In this document: positions 1 to 12,522 of the stretch, one piece after another
Layout of the letters: every line of letters begins with the position of its first letter
Position numbering within the stretch: the stretch's first letter is position 1
DNA from: the human T2T-CHM13v2.0 reference genome, Homo sapiens
DNA length: 64,000 bases
Assembly: GCF_009914755.1 (NCBI RefSeq)
Contig: NC_060934.1
Direction: 5' to 3' (one strand)
The notes under the pieces: model-generated
The model's input: the letters and a program-made list of their open reading frames with translations, nothing else
The model's database searches: none
Told to the model about the DNA's origin: nothing
Position numbers and translations under genes: made by a program

Positions 1-59
1 AGTGCCCGAATGTGAGAAAGTGATCAGAAACTCACAAGAGCAACAACGAAAGCACCGAA

Positions 60-1173
60 GAAGGGGTGTTGAAGGAGCCAGGGCAAAGGACAGCTCCCAG
101 TGGCCAGACTGGGACGGGGTGACCAAGAAATTAAAGCAGTGACGAATTACAACCAGCGTGTAAAATCAGCACCCATGAGTCTACAGTGATATCAATGACG
201 GGGTAACAGAATTAACGCAAGGAAGAGACAAATCTACACAGAAGAATTCCAGGCCGGGCGCAGTGGCTCACGCTTGTAATCCCAGCACTTCGGGGGGCCG
301 AGGAGGGCGGATCACGAGGTCAGGAGTTTGAGACCAGCATGGCCGACATGGCGAAACTCTGTCTCGACTAAAAATACAAAAATTAGTTGGGTGTGGTGGC
401 GCACGCCTGTAATCCCAGCTACTCGGGAGGCTGAGGAAAAAGAATCGCTTGAACCCAGAGGCGGAGGCTGCAGTGAGCCGAGGTTGTGCCACTGCACTCC
501 AGCCCGGGCGACGGAGCAAGATTCCATCTTAAAAAAAAAAAGAATTCTGAATAACGTATATAGATAAGCCCCCTTGATGAGGGGACCATAACTACCCCCA
601 CACCCGGTGTGGGCTGCATATGGTGCCATCCTGCCAGGGAGGACAGTGTGGAAAAGGGGGAAAGGGGACGTCATGGTGGAGACACCTCACCAGTGACAGG
701 GCCAGCATCGGCAGGAAGGTGTGTGGACAGCGTGTAATCTCGTATGACATCATGAGAATGGCATTTACCTCCGTGGTCTTCCTCCCAAAGGCCCATAATC
801 CTGAGAGAAACATCAAATGAATCCCAGTTAAAGGACATTTTACAACACAGCTGACCAGTGTCCAAACTGTCAAGGTCATAAAAAGCAAGTTTGAGAAACG
901 GTCACAGCACGGAGTAGACTAAGGCGCCAGGAGACTCATGTAACACGGGATCTTGGGACAGATAAGTGACACCGGGGAACAACTGAGGAGATCTGAACCC
1001 AGTGTGGACTTCAGTTCACAACGAGGTATCGATACGGGTCCTCTAGTTACGACAAATGTACCCGGTTAATGCCAGACGGTGACGTGAGGGGAAACTGCTT
1101 CTGGGGAACAAGGGAACTCTCTGTATCAGCTTCACAACTTTTCTATAAATCTAAACTATCCTGAAATTTAAAA
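60..1173 (+). mobile_element. Old L1 (L1MC/L1MD-like) 3' UTR fragment, interrupted by an Alu
   Basis: Ends in gggaactctctgtatcagcttcacaacttttctataaatctaaactatcctgaaatttaaaa, resembling ancient L1M 3' termini. Boundaries approximate. Confidence 0.55.
252..541 (+). mobile_element. Full-length Alu (S/Y type)
   Basis: GGCCGGGCGCAGTGGCTCACG start, A-rich linker, poly(A) tail, aagaattc on both flanks. Confidence 0.95.
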
Positions 1174-3257
1174 GGCCACATAGATTTTGCATGTTTTCCA
1201 GTACGAACTGGGAGGTCATGTGAAAAACTACAAATGGTTGTTTATCAGTGCTGACATGACACAAGATGCTGGATTTCTTAATTTTTTTCTCGTCACTTTC
1301 ATTATATAATAAAAAGCTATAAAGGAAGAAAGAGATCGTCCTGGCACAGCATCTGGTGGTTAGACCGGGCAACCACACAATTGATCATCCAAACCAGGCC
1401 ACTTGGAGACAGAAAGGGGCCGCTGTGAGGAATGGCACCGATCAGCAGGCAGGAAGCAGATGTCCCAGGCGACCCCGGGGCATGGTGGCCACAGAGGCAG
1501 GACTCGCAGGCCCGCACCCTCTGGGACGCCGAAAGCCTCTGCGGCTCTGGAAAGGAGTGTCAGGGCCAGTGGGGAGACCACGGCAGGGGGTGCAGGGAAG
1601 GAGAGGCAGCCCAGAGACAGGGAGGCGGACATCGCCACAGACAGAGGCCAAGGCCTGGGCACAGCTCTGCCCAGTGTCCTCTCCTGCCACTGACTCACCA
1701 CCCCTTTCACCTTTTGTTTCCTTGTGGTGCCCGAGCAGGTGCAGCTTCTGGGCGGGTGACAGTCACGGCTTAGGCCCCTTCCTTCCTGCGCCTCTGGCTG
1801 CTGTGGCTCTGGGGAAGGGGCACCAGGACCCAATGACAGAGGACTCCCCTCCTGCTTGGCTCCCACCCCACACCCTCTGCAGGACATGCCCCGGCCCCTC
1901 CTCCGTGGCCATCCCCAGCGTGTCCAGGGCAGCCAGTCCTCGCTGCCACCCCACCGGTGCCTCCGCCCCCGCTGCCAGCAGACCCCGAAGATCCACCGAA
2001 GGGCCTGCTGTGGCTGTGCCTGGTTAGCCCACCCTGGGTTTTCCAATTGCCACCTACAATTCCCAGCCCCACCAGGGGCCACGCCAGCCCCGGTACTAGC
2101 TGGGCCACGCACTCTGGGGCTGGGGTCCCAGGGTCCAATGCTTTCTTCAGAACAGATTTTTTTTCCTCCCCTTTTCCTTTGTATCTTTCTTCCTATTTCA
2201 TCTTTTTCCCTCTTTCAGTCATGTGCTAACTTTACAGATTATCTTTTCTGCCTTTGGAGATAAAACATCACTTCAGACACACAAGATGACTGATGTTTAC
2301 AAGAAAAAGGAAAAAGAATTGGGGGCAAAATAAACAAAGACCCTGGCAGTCACAGGTGCGTCCTCCAGGGGCAGTGCAGGAAGCCCTGAGCCAGAGCTCC
2401 GAGACTCCCCGGCGAAGCCCCCGTAGTCAGGGGCCCGCCCCGCGGCCAGCAGCAGGTGCACACCCGCCTGGTCTCTGGGGCTTTATTTTCCAAACTCAGG
2501 AAGATGTTGACTCCACTCCAACTTCCTGTTTGTTTGTTCTCAAGTACAAACAGCCTTCCCTCCAAGCTCTTTCAGTTTCAAAGCTCAGAAGATGCTTTGT
2601 GTCTCCTGGGGTCTTGGTGCTCTGCGGCAGCGACCCGGGTACACTGGCTGGTGCTTGGCCATTTGGCTAAACTGGGGTTAGAGGTGGCTGAGAGAGAACT
2701 TGTGTGATGCTGGCAGGTGGCAGGCAGCAGCACCACTCCCTGAAGGTCACGCTTCCAACTCGTCCCTGCTCCCCCGGCCCCATGTCCAGCTCTTCCAAAC
2801 AGCCCGGCCGACCCGCAGCAGCCCTAGCCCACCCCCAGATGCGGAGACTTCACCCTGTGTGGTCCCTCCCCTGAATCTGAGCTGGGCCTGTGACTGGCTC
2901 CAACCAGCAGAAAGCAGTCAAAGTGACACGGTGCCAGCCCAGGCCTAAGCCTCAAGAAGGCCCGGCATCTTCTACTCTGCGTCTGTGGGCGCCCTGGGGC
3001 CTCTCAGGAATTCCTCCTGCCCCAATGTGGGGCCCAGTGGGGCGGAGAAGCCGAGACTCTGAGGACGGCTGTGGTGGTGTGAGACACGTCCACAGGTCCC
3101 ACAGCAGCCCCTTCCGATGCGGGGTCCAGCTCCCCTCCCCTGAGGATGAGCTGGACTTGCTCACTTGCTCCTAACAGGACATGCTGGGAGGAGCCTGTGG
3201 CTGAGATCCTCGCTGTGGCTTCTCGCTCCTGCTCAGCTCACTGGGGAGGGAGGGAGG

Positions 3258-3390
3258 GGAGCGCCCTGTGTGGGGTCACTGGGGAGTTGAGCGCCGTGTG
3301 TGGGGTCACTGGGGGGGAGTTGAGCGCCGTGTGTGGGGTCACTGGGAGGGAGTTGAGCGCAGTGTGTGGAGTCACCCAGGCAGTGTGTGG
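3258..3390. repeat. Short tandem repeat, ~30-33 bp x ~4
   Basis: Repeated gagcgccgtgtgtggggtcactgggg(g)agtt. Confidence 0.85.
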
Positions 3391-3632
3391 GGAAGCTCCC
3401 TTTGCAAGGAACAGAGGCCTCCATCCAGGAGCCACATGGGGAAGCTGGCCTGGAAGTGGTCGCTCCAGTCCCAGTCAAACCTTCAGGTGACAGCAGCCCC
3501 AGCTGCCATCTTCACCGCAGCCTCATGAGAGACACCAAGAGGATGCACCGGCTAAGCCACTCCTGAATCACCGACTCAGAAACGATAAGATGGAGCTCAC
3601 TGTGGGCCACTAGGCTATGAGGAAATTCATTA

Positions 3633-4180
3633 AGCAGCATGGATAGCTAATCTACTAGCAGAACTGAGACCCCAGGACAAGACCCAGCAGCACAGACAGC
3701 TAATCCACCAGCCAAGAGTGGAACTGAGACCCCAGCAGCATGGATAGCTGATCCACCAGCCAACAGTGGACTGAGACCCCAGCAGCATGGATAGCTGATC
3801 CACCAGCCAACAGCGAACTGAGACCCCAAGACAAGACCCAGCAGCACAGACAGCTAGTCCACCAGCAGAACTGAGACCCCAGGACAAGACCCAGCAGCAC
3901 AGACAGCTAATCCACCAGCCAACAGTGGACTGAGACCCCAGCAGCATGGATAGCTGATCCACCAGCCAACAGCAAACTGAGACCCCAAGACAAGACCCAG
4001 CAGCACAGACAGCTAATCCACCAGCCAACAGTGGACTGAGACCCCAGGACAAGACCTAGCAGCATGGACAGCTGATCCACCAGCCAACAGCGAACTGAGA
4101 CCCCAGGACGAGACCCAGCAGCATGGACAGCTGATCCACCAGCCAACAGCAAACTAACTGAGACCTCGGGACAAGACCCC
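3633..4180. repeat. Composite minisatellite, ~50-60 bp units
   Basis: Recurrent cagcagca(tgga/caga)(t/c)agct(g/a)atccaccagccaacag..actgagacccc, with or without aggacaagacc. Confidence 0.9.
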
Positions 4181-5654
4181 TGGGGAGGTTTGCACCAGCC
4201 CGCAGCTCTCTGAGCCGCTCTGGCCGAGGTGCCGTGTACATGGATGAGGGAGCCACGGTGGACATTCTGGTCCCACAGACGTCATGCAGAGCAGAGACAC
4301 CCGTCCCCACTAGGCCCTGTCCAAATTCCTAGCCCACAGCATCGTGAGAAACCACAAGGAGGCTGATAAGTCACTAGTGTAGGGTAGTTTACTAGCAGCA
4401 ACAGAAAAGTGGAACAATGTGTCCCCTGGGCACGAACAGGACCTGGTTTGAGAAACGCGGTGCCAGGACCCCGAGCCCTGTTATTGGGCACAAGAGCCGC
4501 CAGGAACAGCTTTCCCACAGCGAACAGAGGCTCTGAGGTCAGACGTCACAAAGTGACTGAGGACGGGACCCAGGGCGCTGGCACAGGGAGAGGCAGAGGT
4601 GCATGGAGTAGGCGGCACCAAAACCCCCGCGGACTCCTGCTCACATCCCAGCATCGTGGTCAAAACAAGACAAATGTCATCCTTGCCAAGGCCCCAGAAT
4701 GCGTGCAACGCCCGTGCTAGACTCCTGCAGACATTCCAAACACAGAGGCGCCTCTCTCCTGCTCTATCACACTTTCTGCCTTCTGCGTTCGGAGGACGGA
4801 GAGTCATGATGTGAATTCAAAAGAGGAGAAACCTTTGCAAAGTCAACTTTCTAAATCACTGTGAGAAATGGAATGTGCTCGGTTCCTATTTTTAATAAAT
4901 TGGGGGCGACACTGACTCCCACCTACACCATCTCCTTGGCTTCAGAACTTAAATAACATCGAGATGGGTTTCCACAGGATTGGCAGGGCCGGAGCCCAGA
5001 AGGAAGCATGGCAGAGACCATGGGGGCTCCCTCCTCACAGGTGGAGAAGTGGGGTGAGAGGAGGCTGGATGGAATCTTGGGGGGACAAAGCCAGGCCAGG
5101 GCAAGCACCTCCGTCTGCACTCCTGCCCAGCCATGCTGATCTCTGCAGCAGCCTTGATTTTTAAAACAATAGATTTCAAATCAATGAGGAAACTGTTTTC
5201 TGATGAAGCAGGCATACCATACAAATAACAATAATTGTATTGCTTATAGCTTTCCCCAAACTGTCTCAAGTTCTGATCTTTATCATCAATCAGCAGGTTG
5301 GTCTGCCTGTATACTGGGAGAGGGGAGGGGCCTGCGTCTCTGCCCACGCCCAGGGCAGGCAGGAGACCTGTAAGGAAGTGCTCCAGGCACAGAGATACCA
5401 CCCCGGGTGGCCACTCGCCCCCACTGACAGCCAGAGCCGAACAAGGCGGCATCCCACTCAGGAGGGTGGCTGAGAAGACCAAGGTCTCGCCACGTGCCCA
5501 AGTATTAGTCAGCAGCAGCAGGAGAAATGGTGGTTCACAGAGCTTTATTTTTATCTCCAGTTATACACAGACAGCAGAGAGGGAGGTTCAGAGAAACACA
5601 CAGCTCAACGGAGCTTTTTAGGTGAGGAGGAAAATCTGGCTGGGAAGGGAAATG

Positions 5655-5966
5655 ACACCAAGTAGAAGGCCTGGTCGTCCACTAACGTGAGCCCAGATTC
5701 AGCTCTGAGCTTCCCAACACCAAGTAGAAGGCCTGGTCGTCCGCTAACACGAGGTCCGATTCAACTCCAAGCTTCCTAACGCCCAGTAGAAGGCCTGGTC
5801 CTCCATTAATATGAGCCCAGAATCAGCTCTGAGCTTCCCAACACCAAGTAGAAGGCCTGGTCCCCCACTAACGTGAACCCAGATTCAGCTCCGAGCTTCC
5901 CGACACCAAGTAGAAGGCCTGGTCCTCCACTAATGTGAACCCAGATGCAGCTCCGAGCTTCCCAAC
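5655..5966. repeat. Minisatellite, 62 bp x 5
   Basis: acaccaagtagaaggcctggtc... units start at 5655, 5717, 5779, 5841 and 5903. Confidence 0.92.
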
Positions 5967-8900
5967 CAGGAAGAGACAGGGTCAGGGCCACAGGGCACAG
6001 GCCCTTACTTGATGTAAGAGCCGAGGGGCTCAAGAGGAAGTCTGGGAAGCTGCTCTGAGTGGTCCTGCAGGGCCTGGCCTGGAACCCGGGTTCCTCCCTA
6101 GGAGGGTCCTGCCTGACACAGCTGGGAGCGCCCGTTAGGTGTGGGGGTCCCCGGGGAAGACAAGGCCCCGCAGTGGGCTCGGGGACACAGGATGCTCCGC
6201 CCAAAAGCACGGGGCCACACTCCCCAGGAACCCGCCAGTGGACACACCAGACTACCCTGCCTCAGATCCGGGTCAGAAGACAGATGCCGCATCCCAGTGT
6301 AAAGGAAACAGTGCGGGCTACTGGGCCGGGTGAAAATGCAAGATGTGAACCAGGAGCTGCACGTCGGCCACGTGTGGAGAAGGCTGGGCCTTCAAGAGGA
6401 CTGAGAGGAACAGAAGGAGGAAAAGCAAATTAAAAGTCCACACCGCGAGGCGCCCTCTGATGACTGGCAACCCCGTGGTACAGAGGGTTAGAGATCCCCC
6501 TCCAGGCCCATCGGGAGCCCGGGCCAAGGGACCAGCACCCCGTGGGTTTCCTGCCCTCACTCACCATGATGCACCGGCTATATACTCACTAAACTCTCAC
6601 ACTCAAAGTATGTCCGCGGGCCAGCAGCGCTGGCACCGCCTGGGGCCGGCTGGAAATGTGGGCTCCTGGCCCCACCCCAGGCCGGCTGGGTCAGCCGCAT
6701 TTTCACAAGTCCTGGGTGACTGGGGGTCCGGGACAGGCAGGAAAGCTGCTCTGAGTGGTCCCGGCTCCGTGTGGAAGAAACACTTGTCTGTGACTTTGCC
6801 TCCCTCAGATCACCTTGGAGTGTCTCTGGGCTTCACCCGCAGAGAATCAATCCCTCAACAAAATCACCTCCAAGGCATCCTCGCATTACTTCTCCACTGG
6901 AAAGCTGGGTGGTTCAAGTTCTAAAAGAAAAGCCGGCTTATTTTTAGCCTTGTAAAATGCACAACCAGATGGATAGACACGCAGAGCTGACATTTGTTAC
7001 ATAAAAAGTATGACAGTAGGTCCCGAGTCCATTCTAGAGCAGCCTCACAGCTGGGAAGGAGAAGAGGCATCAAGCTGCACAGCTGCCCCAAGGGCCCCCA
7101 GGACACCCGGTGCTGGGCCCAGAACCGGGGAAGCCAGGAGCAAACATGTGACGGGGTGCCCGGCAGGAGGCCAGGACCATAGGCCTCCTCCCCAGTCCAC
7201 ACCCCAGACCAGGGGCCTCTGCAGCCACCAGGCTTCTGACCACCAAGCGCCTGCACTGTGGGGGATGGGTGTCTGGGCCACACAGAGAGCCCCCACCCCT
7301 TGCCTCACAGGGTCAGGAGGCAAGGAAAGAGCACCCTCCAAAATGCGAGTCCACACCTGACTGGAAAGTTTTCCCACACTAGGGCTAAGCTGACGCTCTG
7401 GAAGGACAACCCGTCCATACCAACCGTGCGGGAGGAGCTGTCCCCAGCCCTCGGCAGCCCCTGGGCTCAGGACCTTCTCTCTTCTCTGCTCCATGAGCTC
7501 CGGCAACACCATAAGGAAAGAACGAGGCAAAACCATCACGGGGCCACTAGAGTCACTCCAAGGCAACGTGACAGACCACCCAGAAAGCCAACAAAATGAA
7601 CTTCAAAGCTATAGACTAACGAGAATTTAGCCAAGTGCAGTCATGTGCAAGAGGCAGCGAAGTCTCAGCCACACACAAGGTGAACCTTGTAAAAGTGGAG
7701 CGTTCCTTCACATCAGCAGCAGCCAGCGTGGAAACGGTCCCACTCCAGTCCCACAGGCCGGGAGCAGCAAGGGCGCAGCCTGCCTGGGGCTCTGCGGTGA
7801 GGGGCTGCGTGGGAGGCCTCAGATCCCTACAGGGGGAAACATCCTAACTGCACTCATCCTGGGAAAGAGGAGAACTAATGCGAGAAGGAGAGAGCTTTCT
7901 CACTCTCCGTCAAGCGATACTCCCTACGGGCTGCAATTTCCAACGCAAAAAGTGAAACCACAGAAGCGCTAGAAGAAAGTACAGATGCAGGTTTATGAAT
8001 TAAATTATTATTAACTGTGCTGGGAAGGACTGCTGTCACATAAAGGCAAGGCCGGACGCAGCCACAAAGGCAGATGATGAATCTGACCACACACAAATTA
8101 AACACATCCATAGAGAAAAAAGCTAAGTAGCAACATTAAAAGATAAATGAGGAACGTGGGAGGGAAGCTGCTGAAGGCTCAGCCTGTGTACCAGGAAGGG
8201 CGAGAGGAACCTGCGGCTGCCATCCCACAGGACACATGCCGCTAACAAGCGCGGGCAGGCAATTCAAAAAGTGTGGAAACACGTGAAATGTGTTTAGAGC
8301 TGAATGCTCTAAACATTTAAGGTAAAAAGATGATGAACCTCATTGATAATCAAAGAAACTCAAAGCATGAGTGCCATCTTTTAATCTCTTAGACTGGCAA
8401 AGAATAGAAACATTGCTGATACCCAAAGCTGGAGAGGATTCAGGGGAAAAGGCGATCAAACCCTCCCGCTCCTGGAGCAAGTGAAAATGGGTTTTCCCTT
8501 CCCGCCAGCTCCGCTGGCAGCAGGTGGTCTGGTTCTCTCCCCTGCAGGTGCCTCCCGCCACCCACTGCACTCGCTCCTGCCTCCCTGTCTTGTCAGTCTC
8601 TCTGCTTCCCCTCTGCCCGGTTACCCCACGACAGCATGGCCCATAAACAATGCTCAGAGAGGGACCAATTGAGCGGCCACACGTGTTAAGGTATTTCACA
8701 CGGACCCCTTTGCCTGAGCAATGTCGTTCCTAAAAATGTATCCTAGGGAAACAATGCCAAGTGCACAAAGATCTGCAACGATGTTCATCAATACGTCGTT
8801 TATGATATTTATAAAACAGAAACACCTCACAGTCCTGTGACAGGAAACTAAGTAAGCAGAGAAAGTCACAGCTGCTCAGGGGAGCACTGCAGAGTCGGGA

Positions 8901-11900
8901 ATCTCAGCCTCGACTGCTGGTAAAACTCAAGAGGGGCTTAAAAAAAAAGCCTGAGCCCCTGAGCCCCACCCCCAACCCACCAAACCCCCCCAGTTCACCC
9001 ACAGTTCACGGGTGTGGGGCTTGAGCATCTGCATTTTTTAAGAGTGCCCAGTGAATGACTCGGGTCCACAGCCTGGGGCTGAGAACTGTTGTAAATTCAG
9101 CCAACAAATGATGCCTCAGGTCTGGAAGAGGCTGGCAACATATTGCTGAATCAACAAGCACCTTACGGCAAATTGGCATGCAGAGCAGGATCCCACTTCT
9201 GCTAACAAAGAGAGAGTGTTTCTCCACGGCTGTACCTGGGACTGTATTTCCAGAAAAAGGCTGGGAGGTGACACCGTGATCCCAATGCTGAAGTTACAGA
9301 TACCGTGGCATAAAGTATAGAATGTTTTTAAATGCATACATTTTAATGCTTTCATAATTAGGAAAAAACAAAGGTGTTTCTAATTTTAAGAGATGACTTG
9401 AGGAGTCTGGTGGCCCCTGGTCCTGCCTCACTGCCTGCCCGGCCCGGCGCCCAGGGCGGGCCGTCCACAGCCTGCAAGGGCCTGTCCACTCCAGCCTTCC
9501 CCAGATGAAGGCAAAGCCCCTCAGGGAGGAGCTACTTCCTGCTGGCGGGCTAATGCCACGTCAGGCTGGAGACTCAATGCTGTGACCCCGAGACGGGCGA
9601 GCGCCCCCCAGGTTGCAGAGCTGCTTAGCGGGAAGGTACCGGAGCCTCCTCTCAGGTTCACTTGGTATCACCAGGACACCAAGACAGAGAGGAATGAAGG
9701 GGCTCGCCCAACGCCATGCAGCTCTGGTGCAGAGCAGCAGCAGAAAGACCCCCTAACCAAGTTCAACCCCAAAAATGAATTTTTCACCGAAGTCAGAGAA
9801 GGGATAGAATGGGAGCATGTGAGGGGCTGAGGGGAAGGAAAACTGGAGACCCTCAGTTCTGGCATGACAAAGACGTGCAGAGAATTCTGTACATGCACCA
9901 AATATCTGCCAAATTAGGAAAATGGTTCTGGAGTCCACAAGGATTAAAAGGAACAGAGGACATTTAGTCTTATATGTCGCAACTATGCCTATCAGTTGAA
10001 ATTTACCTGGCACTTTGTTAAACAGCACTCTTAATTTCTTTTTTCCTTTTCTCTGCATACTAAATTTGATATATTAATTAGGTGTTTTAATCTAAAAAAT
10101 TCATCGGAAGGTCTAGCATTGCCATAGCAACCGTGCAGATTCAGTAAACTCGAGACACCAACACAGCACCAGGGCCTCCTTAAGCCAGTGCTGCCACGGG
10201 GCCACGAAAGTACCAGGCAAATGACTGCACCAACCTGAAAGGGGTGGGACTCAGGGGCAACAGTCCCTTCCTAAAAGACTCTCCTTTCTCCTTCCAAACT
10301 GAATCCCTTCCACCAACACGAGTCCCCGGCATCCACACTCAGAGGTGCAGAACATTCTTCTGCAAACCCTGTGCTATGACTCCCAAGTTGTCTGTGCCCT
10401 GCCAGTGACAGGAAGAAGCGGAGGGAAGCGGTCACCGCCCAGAGATGTCCTCTGCTATTCGGGCCAGGGCCTAGTCTTGCCCTCCTGATTTCACCACACA
10501 AAGCCCAGCTGAGTCCCGGCGGGTGCTCAGTTTGGGGATGTGGCTGCATACCAAGCCATACGGAGCCAGCAGCATCCGTGGGACACCGTCAGCCGAATCT
10601 CTGCCGTCCTACTACAGGCAAATACGGTGATGCTGGGGATGTGAAAGAATTCCCAAGTCAGACCGTGAGCCCCACAGACAGACTCTGTGCTTGCTCTTTT
10701 TGCCTTTCTAGTGATCCTTGAATTCTGTGACATAACACACTGTGAACACACAGGGAAGTCTACCCTACAAAGCTGAAGGCAGCCCAGTGCCACACCACTG
10801 TCTCCACTCCCACCCCCGGAGAGCACGGTGCCGAGACCCAGAAGAGCAGCCAGCTCTTGGCTGACACCAGCAAGTGCTAAACCAGATGCGTTTCTCAGAC
10901 GTTCTCTCAACCCGCAGCCAGAAACGAGAGGCAAATCTGCCTCCTGATCAGCTCCTAGTTCACTCTGGGCTTTCTTTACTTTGAATATTTATGTTAAAAA
11001 CAAAAACATTTCTCAAACATTCACCATCGTGAGTTCTGCTGTCCCGAAGTTCAGGACACAGTGACGGGCCACCCTGGAGCGTGTGGGGCCTGGTGTGGCT
11101 GGGCCTTCAGCCCTCCTTCTAGGCAGCACACCATGAATCCCCGGTGCCGTCTCCCGGAGGAACGGCGGTGCACGGCCCCACACTCACCAACGCCGGCCTG
11201 AGGTCGTATTACTGTAATTTCCCATAATGCTTAAATTATTTATCGCAAGTAAATAGCCTGGCTCCTGAGCGCTGGGCTCTAAAATTTTGAAGGATCCATC
11301 ATACCTCTGCACGCTATCTATAAATGAAAAATGCACATTTCAAGTATTTTAAGAAAATGTCAAAAAACATGAAATGTGTCATCAATGTACGATTTTAAAT
11401 GATTTGCATGTTACCTGTAGAAAAGAGCTGTATGTCTGCATGTGACTGTATTACAGTGCCCACAGGCAGACGCGGCACCACATCTCCCTGCAGGTGATAA
11501 TTCGGGGGTCCCCGGGGCCCCCTGGCACCCCGGGAGGTGTCCCTGCAGGCCTGTCCCATGTCACCTCACCTGCCTTCTCTGCTTTCTATGGCGCCCACGG
11601 CTGCACGGTCACTCAGGAGACACCAGTCCCCGGGGTTGGCGGCTTTATCTACAGGACTCAGCAGCGCACTCGTTCCTGGCAGGGCAGGTCTTTGCACAAC
11701 GGCCTGGCCCTGCCTCCAGCGCACATGGGTGAGCAGAGGATGGACACCGCGCGGTCACCAAGGAGACTGAGCCTCTGAGCGGCCGGGCCCCGCCACCTGT
11801 GGGGCAGGAGCCTCACTCGCACTCGGGCGGCACAGGTGAGCGCCTCTCTAACTGCAAAGTACAAACGAGCCCGCACGTGGGCCCGAGCGGATCACGGAAA

Positions 11901-12219
11901 GCGGAAAGCAGGGCTGCCACGGGCGGTGGGCGGAGGCGCGCGCAAGCCCGGAGACGCCACAGCCGCGGGGGACCCTCGCCCCGAGGGCCCGGGCCCAGCC
12001 TGCTCCTCCTGCGGCGCCGCCACTAGAAACGGAGGACGCGGGCGGGCGCCCAGAACTCGCGTGGGGCCGCAGCCACCCGGCGCGAGCTTCTCCGGAAGCC
12101 GGGGCGCCCCGGGAAGCCGTCCCGGACACCGGGGGAACCCCTGCGGGAAAAAGCCGCCCAGCCGCGCCCGCCCCTGCAATAGCGCGCGGCCCCCACGTCG
12201 TCCCCGTGCCCGCACTCAC

Positions 12220-12481
12220 CGTCCTCCTTGTCGTCAAACACCGGCCTCCGCGCGGTGGCCGCCGACATGGACGAGCCCATCCTCTTCTTCCACTTGCTCC
12301 ACTGAAACAGGGGGCGCGGCTGCGAGCGGACATCGCCCGAGTCCCGGGCCCGGGGCTGGCCAGCAGCGGGCGGCGGCAGGGCCGAGGGCGCGTCGGAGCC
12401 GGCGGGGCGCGCGCGGCCGGGGGGCGGCGAGCCCGGGGACGCCGCGGCGCTGCTGCCCCTGCGCTCGGCGCCACTCCTCAT
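12220..12481 (-). CDS. STK32C: STK32C (YANK3) serine/threonine kinase 32C, canonical first coding exon (87 codons + 1 nt)
   Basis: Translates MRSGAERRGSSAAASPGSPPPG...WSKWKKRMGSSMSAATARRPVFDDKED. PVFDDKED matches the STK32 family N-terminus. Donor G|GTGAGT at 12219, phase 1. Intron 1 runs off the left end of the window. Confidence 0.95.
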
Positions 12482-12522
12482 CGCCGGGTCTGGGTGCGCG
12501 CGGCAGCCGGAACTCGGGGCAT
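12478..12522 (-). other. uORF MPRVPAAARTQTRR*, stop overlapping the STK32C start (ATGA)
   Basis: Minus-strand ATG at 12522 with G at -3. Its TGA (12480-12478) overlaps the ATG at 12481-12479. Translation is not shown by the sequence. Confidence 0.6.

Noticed and set aside
1356-2112. 223 and 250 aa overlapping ORFs in STK32C intron 1
   Set aside because: Low-complexity P/G/R/S content with no recognisable domain, as expected by chance at this GC level.
3633-5966. CRISPR-like appearance of the repeat arrays
   Set aside because: No unique spacers and no cas genes, in a eukaryotic context. They are minisatellites.
11181-11190. Minus-strand TTG|GTGAGT donor downstream of STK32C exon 1
   Set aside because: No convincing acceptor or TSS to define an exon. 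A lone donor motif is not enough.
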